The notes under the pieces were generated by a model that saw only the letters and a program-made list of their open reading frames with translations, was not told where the DNA came from and did not search any database. Of a stretch of 64,000 nt of DNA, positions 43,751 to 52,939 are shown piece by piece; within the stretch, counting starts at the first letter, position 1, and every line of letters starts with the position of its first letter. Position numbers and translations under genes: made by a program. This DNA is from a virus, in IMG/VR virus record IMGVR_UViG_3300006793_000018, positions 26,301 to 90,300 of that record. One strand, given 5' to 3'.

Positions 43751-45061
43751 TCAAAATCCCTCCGTGTGACCGAGGCTGTTAGCGTCGTCAGGGGCATTCT
43801 GTGCAACGATGGAACGAAGAGGCATGGCATAGACGCTGAGGGCGTCCATGTTGAGGTTGATGTTTCCGTCAGTACCTTGCCATGATCGAGAGCGAACAAC
43901 AGCCCACACTCGGCTTCCCTGAGCAAAGTCCTTCCAGTTGTCTGCCTTCTTGACTTGAAGTGCATGATGGCTTTCAACAAGAACGCGTGGAACGTCAAGC
44001 CAAAGACTTGCCTTTGGATCTTCACGGCGGAGGCTGTTCGAGGTCAATGTGAGGGAATGCTTGAAGCCACCCTCGGTGTAAGCATTCTCCTTTCCAGCAT
44101 AGTCGATGTAATCAACTGTCCCACTGATGGCGAATGTCGGACCCCAATCTCGACCACTTGACAGAATCTTGCGGTTCTCCATGTGATAGTCGAAGGCAGA
44201 GGCCAAATCAACCGTTTCCATGAAGTTAGCCAAGAATTGATCGGGGGAGAAGATTTGAGTCGCCTTTGCGACCATTTGATCTTCAACCCAATCCAAACCA
44301 TAATCTGGATCAAGGTCAAGTGCTTTGAGAATCTCCTCATCAGGTTCAGTGGAACCTGCTGGCTTCCATGCTGCTTCCTTTTCCGCTTTGAATCGGATTG
44401 GGCGGAACAGTTGCAAATCAACCTCTGCGGCAGAGAAAGAACATTCAAGCGTCATTGGAGGCAATGGCCCTTCCGAGAAGAAGGAGCCGGTTGTGTTGCC
44501 GATGAAAAGCCACTTGCGCTTTGGCATGAAGGCTCGCTTTGGTGATCGGTTGTCGGCCTTCAAAAGACAGATGTGAGAGGCTCCACCGTTGATGGCGATG
44601 ACCCACAGCGGAACGTCTTCGCCCTTGACTGATTCCTTGTATGTGATGGCATCGTTGGCATCATAGACAACCCATTCGCCGTCTTTCTTGGAAACACGGC
44701 CAATCGAAACGGTGCGTCCATTGACTTCAATGCCGTAGCGGAGGGCTTGACTGATGTTGACTTCTGCGGCATCGATTGCCGAATCTCTTTGACGACCCAT
44801 TGTGTCGCGTGTGCCGTCATAAGCAACGACCATTCCAACCCATTCTTCGCCTTTGCCACCGGATCCTTTGCGGCGAACACTGTTCACTTCAAATGCAGAC
44901 GAGAAGAAATCGATGTCATCAGGCGACACATTAGCAAGAACAGTACCTGCTTGTGTCCAAATTTCGGGGTAGTTTTCTTTGATGAAGGTGGCGAAGTTCT
45001 CCTTCGTCGTGGCTTCATCCCAGTTCTTGGCGTCCATTACTCTCTTCAATGCTTCATTCAT
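43751..45061 (-). CDS. Putative single-stranded DNA-binding (multi-OB-fold, RPA-like) protein
   Basis: Beta-rich, strongly biased codons, adjacent to Sak4-like ATPase; C-terminal ISGTVDY...GSRVWAVVR...NLNMDALSVY OB-like pattern. Confidence 0.45.
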   Translation of the reverse strand: MNEALKRVMDAKNWDEATTKENFATFIKENYPEIWTQAGTVLANVSPDDIDFFSSAFEVNSVRRKGSGGKGEEWVGMVVAYDGTRDTMGRQRDSAIDAAEVNISQALRYGIEVNGRTVSIGRVSKKDGEWVVYDANDAITYKESVKGEDVPLWVIAINGGASHICLLKADNRSPKRAFMPKRKWLFIGNTTGSFFSEGPLPPMTLECSFSAAEVDLQLFRPIRFKAEKEAAWKPAGSTEPDEEILKALDLDPDYGLDWVEDQMVAKATQIFSPDQFLANFMETVDLASAFDYHMENRKILSSGRDWGPTFAISGTVDYIDYAGKENAYTEGGFKHSLTLTSNSLRREDPKASLWLDVPRVLVESHHALQVKKADNWKDFAQGSRVWAVVRSRSWQGTDGNINLNMDALSVYAMPLRSIVAQNAPDDANSLGHTEGF

Positions 45062-45594
45062 GTTTGTTCACTTCCTTTGCGGGATTCATCCGAAGGGGAG
45101 GGGGGTCTTAAAGACTCACTCTGTTCATCTAACAAGTCAATGATCTCCTCAACCTCTTCGTGATTGTGTGGCTGCGGCAATATGCCATTAAAGTGATCGA
45201 CCATTTTCAACTGATTTTCCATATTGCTCAAATTGAAGTAGCGGCGGTATGCATGGCACAATTTAGAGATGTCTTGTGTACGAACAAATGTGTCACGATA
45301 TTCAAGACCAAGACGTTTCAAATTGTCTTCAACCTGGGGCGTTCGCTTGACGAACCAAATTATGGGTCTTATCTCATACCCACACTGATAGATCGTTGAA
45401 AGTTTGCAACGAATTTGACCACGAATCAAAGTTGCCGACATGATGAACGAGGTCAAATCACCTTCTGCTTGATCCATATGAAGGGGATTATCGTCATCAT
45501 CAACAGGAGATAAAGCAATGTCGCCCCCAATATCATAATGACCGCCATCGGTATTGCTAACCATGAAAATAGCCCCTCTTGTCGTAATGCCCAA
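45058..45594 (-). CDS. Hypothetical protein, possibly a degenerate LAGLIDADG-fold
   Basis: GYEIRPIIWF resembles LAGLIDADG beta-strands but the LAGLIDADG helix motif is absent; start may be downstream. Confidence 0.35.
   Translation of the reverse strand: MGITTRGAIFMVSNTDGGHYDIGGDIALSPVDDDDNPLHMDQAEGDLTSFIMSATLIRGQIRCKLSTIYQCGYEIRPIIWFVKRTPQVEDNLKRLGLEYRDTFVRTQDISKLCHAYRRYFNLSNMENQLKMVDHFNGILPQPHNHEEVEEIIDLLDEQSESLRPPSPSDESRKGSEQT
45107..45120 (-). promoter_or_regulatory. Conserved viral promoter AGTGAGTCTTTAAG (copy 2, one mismatch)
   Basis: 13/14 match to copies at 11747 and 48973; upstream of the putative SSB gene. Confidence 0.65.
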
Positions 45595-45597
45595 TCT

Positions 45598-47064
45598 CTA
45601 ATCTTCTTGCCGATCTCCAATAATATCGCCATATCCATCTTCCCATCCCTTGGATAATACTTCGAGTTCATCGATGCTAACGCAATCGGACAAGCCCGCT
45701 TGTTCGGCGTGACCAGTGATGACCCCTTGAATGTACGCACCGTAGTCGCCCCATCCAGATCCCAATACTTTGACTTTCACAAACACGGGGGAGATCATGA
45801 CAACCTCTTCTCCATCTGCAACTTTGTGTGGCTTGATGAATCTGTTCAGCGAAAACGAAGGTACGGCTTCGATCAACCCCACTGGATAATATGAGTCGCC
45901 ATCTCGAACAGCAACTCGCCATTTCTTCAACTTAGGTGCGGCAAGCGGGGTTTCAACAGTATAAACGCCTCCTACCACTTGGAAAATGGAATGTTTTGAT
46001 GTTTGTGCATTGAGCAAGGCAACCTCATAAATGGAATTTTCATAGGTCAAAACCCCATTGTAGTTCCAAAGTAATACAGGTTGTGATACTCCAACTTTTT
46101 CCATATAATAGGAGGCATCCTTCAACAAAACCATATCTTTCTTTGCCCACTCTGCACAATTGATTCCAGCCCTACGCTTTTCAAACGACATCATGTCACT
46201 ATCAACGTTCAACTGATCGAGAATTTGAATTTCGATGTCTCTCCCTGATGCGTACTCAACAAGGTAAATGCCCTCATCAATTGAAGCAGATTTAACCATC
46301 TGCCGTGTAGCGTCTTCCACAATGACCTTTGCCCCCACGGAGTCGTACATGAAAATATCATCTCGCAGGACATGGAGTGTCATCCATTGCCCTTCTGGTA
46401 TTTCCATGTAGCATTTGCCAAACGGTAAATCATCAATGCTCAAGACCGATGGAGATGGAAGAATCATTGGAATTCCAAGCGCAGGGGTCAAGATCTCTTG
46501 GATGTCTTCTCCCCTGGATAGCCGTTGGCATACTTTTTCCATACCAATAAGAAACGATGCTTTACGAATGTTCCTCATCAATTTTCCGTTTGCTCTTGCT
46601 AAAGCCTTGACAACATCATGTCGGTTGATCGGCAATGGTCTGGAACTCATACGCAACAAAGCGTAAAACAGATCCTCTCTTTCAATTCTTGAAAACAACG
46701 GGCGAAGTAATGCTGCCCTCTCTGCGTTATCTCTTTCCTCATGAAGAACTTGCCGTGTGATCTCAAAGACTCTTTCCGAAATCGATGTTGTTTTGGAAGC
46801 CTTTGACAAATAAGACAACAGATTTATTGGATCTGGATTTGGTTCAACTTCTTCGGGGTACAGATCTGTGAGCAGGAAGTAAATCTCTCGAAAGTCTTCG
46901 TCCGACAACCTAACTTTAGATGACGGGGAATGCATGAGATAAACAATTTTCCATTGATTCAAGTGATTCTTACGAAGCAAATTCTCGATCAAAGAATACT
47001 TCTTTGTTTTCAATACAGGGGCCACTCTCAAAGACTCGGATATTTCCCTGTAATTTGTCGTCAA
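45598..47064 (-). CDS. Degenerate ATP-dependent DNA ligase-like protein
   Basis: Helical N-terminal domain, then PALGIPMILP, CYMEIPEGQWMTLHV (for EKYDG), MSFEKRR, and an OB-like C-terminus (YYPVGLI, PVFVKVK). Confidence 0.5.
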   Translation of the reverse strand: MTTNYREISESLRVAPVLKTKKYSLIENLLRKNHLNQWKIVYLMHSPSSKVRLSDEDFREIYFLLTDLYPEEVEPNPDPINLLSYLSKASKTTSISERVFEITRQVLHEERDNAERAALLRPLFSRIEREDLFYALLRMSSRPLPINRHDVVKALARANGKLMRNIRKASFLIGMEKVCQRLSRGEDIQEILTPALGIPMILPSPSVLSIDDLPFGKCYMEIPEGQWMTLHVLRDDIFMYDSVGAKVIVEDATRQMVKSASIDEGIYLVEYASGRDIEIQILDQLNVDSDMMSFEKRRAGINCAEWAKKDMVLLKDASYYMEKVGVSQPVLLWNYNGVLTYENSIYEVALLNAQTSKHSIFQVVGGVYTVETPLAAPKLKKWRVAVRDGDSYYPVGLIEAVPSFSLNRFIKPHKVADGEEVVMISPVFVKVKVLGSGWGDYGAYIQGVITGHAEQAGLSDCVSIDELEVLSKGWEDGYGDIIGDRQED

Positions 47065-47454
47065 TCAAACACTTCCATTGACTAAATCGTCATACGACGA
47101 CTCATCATTTACCAATGAAAGAATCAAATGTTTTCCCCAATCTGTTTCGACCCAACGCGTATCACCTGCTCGCTTGCGCCTTCTGTCATGATGGAGAGGT
47201 TCACACCTCCGCCCAATGACTCTCATCGATGCGTCTTTCATTTGCGTGAAGGAACGTCTGTTGCCAGTCATATGCGCTATGGTGTAAATGCAATCAACGA
47301 TCAGGGAGTTTGGCGTCCTTGGTGCTTTCAACCTCGCTCCCAACCAAAGATCATAGCAGAAATTTAGCAATTCAATTGGCAATTCAAGATCTATCATCAT
47401 TTGCTCCATCACTTCATGATGTTTTTCAAGCCAGCGTTCAAGCATCTTCTTCAC
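47065..47454 (-). CDS. TFB/TFIIB-like single cyclin-repeat protein
   Basis: IDLELP..CYDLW...PRTPNSLIVDCIYTIAHMTGNRRSFTQM parallels the TFB repeat (L.LP..A..I...GRSP..IAAA.IY......RT..EI). Confidence 0.6.
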   Translation of the reverse strand: MKKMLERWLEKHHEVMEQMMIDLELPIELLNFCYDLWLGARLKAPRTPNSLIVDCIYTIAHMTGNRRSFTQMKDASMRVIGRRCEPLHHDRRRKRAGDTRWVETDWGKHLILSLVNDESSYDDLVNGSV

Positions 47455-47734
47455 CTACTATTGGAACGATTTCCTCTGCATCATCTTCCCACTGATCATC
47501 GTCGTTCACCACTTCGAGAAGTTGTTCTAACAGCACTCTCGCTTCATCCCTTTGAAGCATAAAACCCTGCTTAGTATAGCCCGTGTATCCTCTGATGGAT
47601 GGTATGATTCTGTTCAAGCGTAAATTGAGAACTCTCGTTCCAAATGCTTCACTTGTCATAACATGTAATTCATGACCAGGTTGGAATTGACAAGGGACAA
47701 CTCCGTTCAATCTTGAATTAAAATCTTGACTCAT
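47438..47734 (-). CDS. PC4/Sub1-like ssDNA-binding protein
   Basis: ELHVMTSEAFGTRVLNLR...GYTKQGFML matches the PC4 pattern V..SEF.G...IDIR...PTKKGI.L. Confidence 0.6.
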   Translation of the reverse strand: MSQDFNSRLNGVVPCQFQPGHELHVMTSEAFGTRVLNLRLNRIIPSIRGYTGYTKQGFMLQRDEARVLLEQLLEVVNDDDQWEDDAEEIVPIVGEEDA

Positions 47735-47737
47735 GAA

Positions 47738-48247
47738 TCATTCCTCTTCTTGACGTTGCTTTTTCAATTGCCAGCCCCGATCATCAACGATGACATGGAT
47801 TCCCTTCAAAGCGGGTTCGATGACTTGCTCCTGCTGGCAGCAGGGGCATCTCAGTTCTTCATCAATCAATTCGTAAATCTCGGAAGGAACTGGTTCTTCA
47901 ACTCGTAATATGGCTCCGCATCGTGCATTGCAGATCGAAACATGACCAATCATTTCGTCAGGGATGTTTAACTGTCCATCTTCGTCCTTAGCCAACTCAA
48001 CAGCCTCGTCTATTGTCCACCCAATGTTATCCGCGAGAACCATAATCCAGTGGTGTCGATCAAATACACTCTGCTCAAATTCGTTTTTATTCGGTTTCGC
48101 AAAATGAATTTCGGTTAATGATAACTTCTTATCACCAGTTCTGCGATAGACTCCCACACCAGGGAGGATCCATTTGCCGCCATCCCGTGACAGAGAGTTC
48201 CATAGGTAGTACGCCCATTCGACGTCTTCCTCATTCGGATTGGGCAT
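47738..48247 (-). CDS. Hypothetical protein with Cys motifs (start corrected to about 48247)
   Basis: CNARC, CPCC; upstream segment is better explained by a separate microprotein. Confidence 0.5.
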   Translation of the reverse strand: MPNPNEEDVEWAYYLWNSLSRDGGKWILPGVGVYRRTGDKKLSLTEIHFAKPNKNEFEQSVFDRHHWIMVLADNIGWTIDEAVELAKDEDGQLNIPDEMIGHVSICNARCGAILRVEEPVPSEIYELIDEELRCPCCQQEQVIEPALKGIHVIVDDRGWQLKKQRQEEE

Positions 48248-48380
48248 GGATACCGCCAAAAAACCACCTCCTACATTGTTTGCATCGAAGAGTATCCTTC
48301 TCGATCTTTTCGAGGGGGCAATATCTCTTCCCATTTGGTATCAAATTCTTGCTTCCGCAATCTTCACATTTCATTTTCAT
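48231..48380 (-). CDS. 49-aa Zn-ribbon microprotein (not in ORF track)
   Basis: Manual translation MKMKCEDCGSKNLIPNGKRYCPLEKIEKDTLRCKQCRRWFFGGIHAQSE; SD GGAGGAGG; ATGA overlap with upstream stop. Confidence 0.7.
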   Translation of the reverse strand: MKMKCEDCGSKNLIPNGKRYCPLEKIEKDTLRCKQCRRWFFGGIHAQSE

Positions 48381-48721
48381 TCCTCCTCCAGAAGTGGTGC
48401 AACAATTTTTGGAGCGCGAAGATTCATTCGGAATGATTCTGCCGCTTGATCATACTTCCAACGCCACTTGACATGATCATTATTCAGCCTGTATCCAATG
48501 TTTTTGAGATGTTCTTGAATTGTTGCAAGATGTTCATCCGCAATGGCACGTGAAACAAGGTTTGTTGCATCAACATCAACAACACTCCAACCTGCTCGAT
48601 TTGGAGGCGCAATCATAACCGCAACCTCCCAATCCATTCCAAAGGTTAGGGTTGAACACAATGTCCAAAGTTGCCCTTCATCTTCCTCTTCCCATATTTT
48701 CACAAGAGACGTTGCTTCCAT
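48377..48721 (-). CDS. Hypothetical protein
   Basis: Coupled ORF. Confidence 0.5.
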   Translation of the reverse strand: MEATSLVKIWEEEDEGQLWTLCSTLTFGMDWEVAVMIAPPNRAGWSVVDVDATNLVSRAIADEHLATIQEHLKNIGYRLNNDHVKWRWKYDQAAESFRMNLRAPKIVAPLLEEE

Positions 48722-48948
48722 CGCGTAGCCTCCGAATGTATTCTTTCCTTGACAGCAATAATTCTGTCATCGATCTCGCTGAGGGCTTTACACTTCTCAA
48801 CTCCAATCATTTCATTATATTGTGTGCTTCCTAAGAGCATACCTCGATCAGCAAATAATTCAGCAAGCAGATTCTTCAAAGGAGCAATGAATGATTCATG
48901 CTCTTTACGCATCTGTTCCCGTTTCGCCGCTCTGTCAAAAAGCCACAT
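48700..48948 (-). CDS. Hypothetical helical protein (start ATG 48948)
   Basis: ATG lies 24 nt downstream of the conserved promoter. Confidence 0.5.
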   Translation of the reverse strand: MWLFDRAAKREQMRKEHESFIAPLKNLLAELFADRGMLLGSTQYNEMIGVEKCKALSEIDDRIIAVKERIHSEATRWKQRLL

Positions 48949-48972
48949 GATTCTATCCAAAGGGATATGGGG

Positions 48973-48986
48973 CTTAAAGGCTCACT
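48973..48986 (-). promoter_or_regulatory. Conserved viral promoter AGTGAGCCTTTAAG (copy 3)
   Basis: Identical to 11747-11760 with the same 24-nt spacing to ATG. Confidence 0.7.
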
Positions 48987-49282
48987 CATAACTTTGAAGT
49001 AAATCCCTTATTTCCAGGCTCATGCTCAACTGTTTTGCATTGCATCATATCATCACGTGAAACAGAAATTTTTCTGTATGTCGTATGCCAACTTGAATAG
49101 GACATCCATCTGCCGATCAAATTCAATTTATTTTTTGGATACTTCATTCCACAGTATGGGCAATACTGGAATCCATCAAGAACCCAATCCAGATTAACTT
49201 CGCATCCGCATTTCCACCACCGTGGAATCTTTGCAGATGGCTTTCGAGGACGTGGATCGGGAATGGTGAAAGTCATGCCCAT
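48986..49282 (-). CDS. Zn-ribbon protein
   Basis: KCGC...YCPYCG. Confidence 0.55.
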   Translation of the reverse strand: MGMTFTIPDPRPRKPSAKIPRWWKCGCEVNLDWVLDGFQYCPYCGMKYPKNKLNLIGRWMSYSSWHTTYRKISVSRDDMMQCKTVEHEPGNKGFTSKL

Positions 49283-50046
49283 TCCTCTTGATCCAAACCT
49301 GGCATGGAATCTTCATTGCTTCCGATGACGAAGATCTGCCCCAATAAGTTCATTCCGTCGAATTCAGCACCGCACGACTCGCAGCCATCCACCTCAAAGG
49401 AGTATGCATCCGTATCGTGAGGATGGCCGCAAGCCTCGCAAAAGGCGAAGCGTTCGAGTCCTTTCAGTATTGCTTCTGGTATTGGATCGTATGGCAGGGG
49501 TTCCTCTTCCGAATCCACTTCTCCATCTTCTCCATACAACACGGTCTTGAACAATTCCGTTCCTGATGGCTGTGTCAAATCACGGAATGCCTTGAGATCT
49601 GTTTCCGATGTCATACAATGCCATCCTGCCTTTTCCATAGCATTGGTGAATTTCTTATGCAGGTACATACGCCTAAAGTGTTCTTCGACAGATGTATCTT
49701 CTCTCACCAAAGGATCGTAATTCTTCCTTGCATTGTCAATTGGCATGAGTCCAACGTTTCCATAAAGATCAATGAATACAATAAAATCAAGTGATTTTAA
49801 TGCATGGGGGAGTTCGACCGCTGGCAAGAACGCTATAACCTCCGAGAAGTCTTCAGGATATGAAAGACTATCATCGATCACAGCAGAACGGGTGGAGGGG
49901 TGATTCTTAATCCACTTTTCACTTGGATCCAATTCACAAACAATCACGGACAAGGGTGTTTTTGGAGCATGGGGGAATTTGAACTCGTCAAGCATCATGG
50001 ATTCCCCCTTGTAAGATTGCCTCAGCCACATCTTTGGCTCGGCCAT
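49273..50046 (-). CDS. Hypothetical protein with C-terminal Zn ribbon
   Basis: CEACG...CESCG. Confidence 0.55.
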   Translation of the reverse strand: MAEPKMWLRQSYKGESMMLDEFKFPHAPKTPLSVIVCELDPSEKWIKNHPSTRSAVIDDSLSYPEDFSEVIAFLPAVELPHALKSLDFIVFIDLYGNVGLMPIDNARKNYDPLVREDTSVEEHFRRMYLHKKFTNAMEKAGWHCMTSETDLKAFRDLTQPSGTELFKTVLYGEDGEVDSEEEPLPYDPIPEAILKGLERFAFCEACGHPHDTDAYSFEVDGCESCGAEFDGMNLLGQIFVIGSNEDSMPGLDQEEWA

Positions 50047-50296
50047 CTATGATCATTTTGTTTTCCCCGTTCTCATCAAACGAGATAACCCAACGTGTTG
50101 TTTCCGTGAAGACTTTCTCGCCGTCATCCCCTTCATACCAACGGCGAGGGGGAATCATGTGCATCCAGGTTGGTGGCCGACCATACACGCTATGAACAGT
50201 ATTCCACACACGGTTCGCCATACTCCTTGACTTTGGCTTGCGGTGGAACATGGTCTTTCGAGGGCCGCTGTTGCGCTTTCCAGTGAACGACATCAT
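49988..50296 (-). CDS. Hypothetical protein (start about 50296)
   Basis: SD GGAGGAGG before MMSFTGK. Confidence 0.5.
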   Translation of the reverse strand: MMSFTGKRNSGPRKTMFHRKPKSRSMANRVWNTVHSVYGRPPTWMHMIPPRRWYEGDDGEKVFTETTRWVISFDENGENKMIIDGRAKDVAEAILQGGIHDA

Positions 50297-50415
50297 TCCT
50301 CCTCCCTGTCTTTTTTGCATGTCTTGTTCGCCAACCAATCGTGGCAGAAGCGGAATCCTGATCGTGCAGGTTCATAACAATCCCTTCGATTGCAAGTCCT
50401 GTTGAAAAGCCTCAT
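50293..50415 (-). CDS. 40-aa Cys-rich microprotein (not in ORF track)
   Basis: Manual translation MRLFNRTCNRRDCYEPARSGFRFCHDWLANKTCKKDREEE; ATGA overlaps at both ends. Confidence 0.6.
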   Translation of the reverse strand: MRLFNRTCNRRDCYEPARSGFRFCHDWLANKTCKKDREEE

Positions 50416-50493
50416 TCCTCTTCCTCCCTTGGATAAAACGAATAGCATCTTGCCCGTTGAGGGCATGCTGCGTCACCGCACCGGCAAGTGATC

Positions 50494-50883
50494 TTACTTG
50501 CCAAAATTCGCACCCCTTGATGAAGATGCAGCAGGTTCAATTTGGTCATCAGTGGGAGCGTGTTCGAGTCCAACGTCAGGATAGTGTTCGGAACCCATCC
50601 CTGCAAATTTTCCATGTACCATGGAATGGCATCGCATTTTGAGTTCGATTTGATCGAAGCCACAGTCCGTTGCCGTTCCGCTGTTAGCGAATCGAACGCA
50701 GGGGATTCCGTCTTCTGGATCCACATAGACCACAAGCCCAATGTGTCCTTTCTCTGCATGATGCCATGGGGCATCGGCCTCGGAAGCACCTTCCACGTGC
50801 TTTTCAAAACCAGGTTCAATGATGTCCACCTTAGCCACGACAAGATCGCCAACGATGTATCGGTTCTTGATGAATGCCATCAT
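50494..50883 (-). CDS. Hypothetical protein (SH3-like beta barrel possible)
   Basis: YIVGDLVVA...KGHIGLVVYVD...CVRF. Confidence 0.5.
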   Translation of the reverse strand: MMAFIKNRYIVGDLVVAKVDIIEPGFEKHVEGASEADAPWHHAEKGHIGLVVYVDPEDGIPCVRFANSGTATDCGFDQIELKMRCHSMVHGKFAGMGSEHYPDVGLEHAPTDDQIEPAASSSRGANFGK

Positions 50884-52520
50884 TGACCACCTCGGCCAAT
50901 GAGTTGGGAGATCGGGAATTGATCCTCTGCGGTTCGCTTGGCGGGAGCCTCTGCAACAGGCTCAGGAACAGGTTCTTCCACCTCAGCGATGTCGAGAGCC
51001 GTTCCTTCATAGATGGCCTGTTGAGCAAGGCGTTGTTGAGTTTCCTCAGCCCATTGCTCGTCCTCATTGACACGCATGGCATGGCAATCGCCACAAACGA
51101 AATCGGGAGCCTCCTTGGGGCATTCTTCCGCTTTGATCATCGTGCCACAATCGGGGCAGGGATGTAGTGAGGGATCTGTGTCGTCAAATGCTTTCAGTGT
51201 CCCGTCATAAGGTGGGTCTTCAAGAAGAACAGGTTCGGCATCAGCGATGATGTCTTCCCATTCAGCCTCAACAGATTCTCTCGAAGTTGGTTCTTCATCG
51301 AACAACGCTGCGAGTGGAATGTCATCGATAGTTGTTGGCCCACCGAAAGGCAAATCCAACTTTGAAGCAACCCTAAAGCAGATTGGTCGGCCACGTGCAT
51401 AACGGCCTGTCGGGGAACGCTCACAGGTGATGAGAAGGCGGAGGGTGTCATTCAAGTTGAATCCGAGTTCTGTCCATCCGCCACTGTGTCCATTGTGTTC
51501 AATGTGATCTTCATCCGTGACACTTGCCTCGAATTGATCCAACACTCGCTTGATGGTTTGCACATGACAACCTGCAAGTTCAGCAATATCCTCAATCGTG
51601 AGGTTTGCGTCTTCATCCTCGTTGTCCAACCAAAGAGAGGACATTTGCCACTTGACCCATTCCATAGGTTCTTTCTTGAAGTTGTGAGGGTTGGCTGTAT
51701 CCACTGGTGGCGTTGGGTCAGCGACAACGGACACCAATTCTTCAACCTCATCGGCCAACTCATGCGGGGATGCGTCGTCAGCCTCAGTCAAAGCAGGTTC
51801 AGGATCGGTAAGAGGCGAAAGTACCTCGCTGACCTCCTGTTCCTCTTCAGGGGTGGAATTGTGGGTGATGCTCGAAAGGAGCCGTTCTGCCATTTGGTTG
51901 GATGGCAATTCGGTTGGAGCAGGTTTAGGGTCAATGGGTTGCAATTCTGTAATTTCAATACCGAAATTGAGGACAGCAGAACCATTTGATCGAGAAGTGT
52001 ATTGACGCTTCATAGATTCAAGCATCTCTGCAACTTCAACAGGATGGTGATGCGCTCCCAATTTTTTGGGATTGATCTTCATCTTTCCGTTGTCCTCATC
52101 AATTTCAGCGGCGGCGTCAATGGCTGCGTTGATGTTTTGAACATATTTCCAAACCACTTCTGTGTTGCCTTCAAACAAAGAAAGCATACCATCAAGGAAT
52201 GTCCCGATGAGCCATTCACGTGGTATCGTTGCAGGAGTTCTCTTGTCGCTTTGACCAACGGGAATCGATACCATCGGTTTGCTTTCATGAGAGGGAATCA
52301 GTGTGATCAAACGGTTGCCAGCACGAATTTGGATGTCGGAGCGTTCAACGAGGGCCAAAGGACCTGGGTTGTTCTTCCTTTCTTCCTTGCTCAAGAATTC
52401 TCCTTCTTTCCAGAATTTTTCTGTTAGGACTGTGCCTAACAACTTCAATGCTGGACCCACATCGGGCGGGAGATCGGTCGTTTCATCATCTATCTGCTCG
52501 GCTAAAAATTTCTTGGACAT
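50880..52520 (-). CDS. Acidic multidomain protein with HTH and Zn finger
   Basis: LTIEDIAELAGCHVQTIKRVL (HTH); CPDC..C..CGDC; SD AGGTGA; TATA-like TTCATATA upstream (about 52565-52572). Confidence 0.6.
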   Translation of the reverse strand: MSKKFLAEQIDDETTDLPPDVGPALKLLGTVLTEKFWKEGEFLSKEERKNNPGPLALVERSDIQIRAGNRLITLIPSHESKPMVSIPVGQSDKRTPATIPREWLIGTFLDGMLSLFEGNTEVVWKYVQNINAAIDAAAEIDEDNGKMKINPKKLGAHHHPVEVAEMLESMKRQYTSRSNGSAVLNFGIEITELQPIDPKPAPTELPSNQMAERLLSSITHNSTPEEEQEVSEVLSPLTDPEPALTEADDASPHELADEVEELVSVVADPTPPVDTANPHNFKKEPMEWVKWQMSSLWLDNEDEDANLTIEDIAELAGCHVQTIKRVLDQFEASVTDEDHIEHNGHSGGWTELGFNLNDTLRLLITCERSPTGRYARGRPICFRVASKLDLPFGGPTTIDDIPLAALFDEEPTSRESVEAEWEDIIADAEPVLLEDPPYDGTLKAFDDTDPSLHPCPDCGTMIKAEECPKEAPDFVCGDCHAMRVNEDEQWAEETQQRLAQQAIYEGTALDIAEVEEPVPEPVAEAPAKRTAEDQFPISQLIGRGGQ

Positions 52521-52578
52521 GCTTTCACCTTGCTCATCGGAGCAATCAATCCAAACGGGTGGCCTATATGAATCTGCC

Positions 52579-52905
52579 CTATGGTGTGGGCTTTGGTTGG
52601 TTCAATTTATCGGTGATTCCTCGAATGTAAATTCCAGATTCAAGGTAATCTCGATCAATATCCCAAACGCATATTGGGTACGCATATCCGTCAAGCCCTA
52701 CGGTGACATCGTTTTGATTTGTGATTTTGCGAAATGTTGCATTCTTCCCTAACACGTTGCTGAGTTGATTCGATGTAGCCCCATGTTTCAAGGCAAACGA
52801 TCCACGATGCTTGTTCAATTGATTGAATATGTCTGTTGTCGTCATCGGACCTAAGTCCATCAACATCTCAACAATTCTCGCTCTCATCCGCACTGTTCTT
52901 GCCAT
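52579..52905 (-). CDS. Winged-HTH DNA-binding protein (DUF3860-like)
   Basis: RARIVEML..GPMTTTDIF..LN..KHGATSNQLSNVLGK..F....YPICVW. Confidence 0.65.
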   Translation of the reverse strand: MARTVRMRARIVEMLMDLGPMTTTDIFNQLNKHRGSFALKHGATSNQLSNVLGKNATFRKITNQNDVTVGLDGYAYPICVWDIDRDYLESGIYIRGITDKLNQPKPTP

Positions 52906-52939
52906 GGATTCAAGACAGAATCCACTCACACATAAATCC

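Noticed and set aside
45058-45594. Active homing endonuclease or intron
   Set aside because: No intact LAGLIDADG motif and no interrupted host gene nearby
50505-50852. N-terminal part of the 146-aa ORF 50412..50852
   Set aside because: Overlaps the better-supported 50494..50883 gene in another frame; only the Cys-rich last 30 codons look plausible
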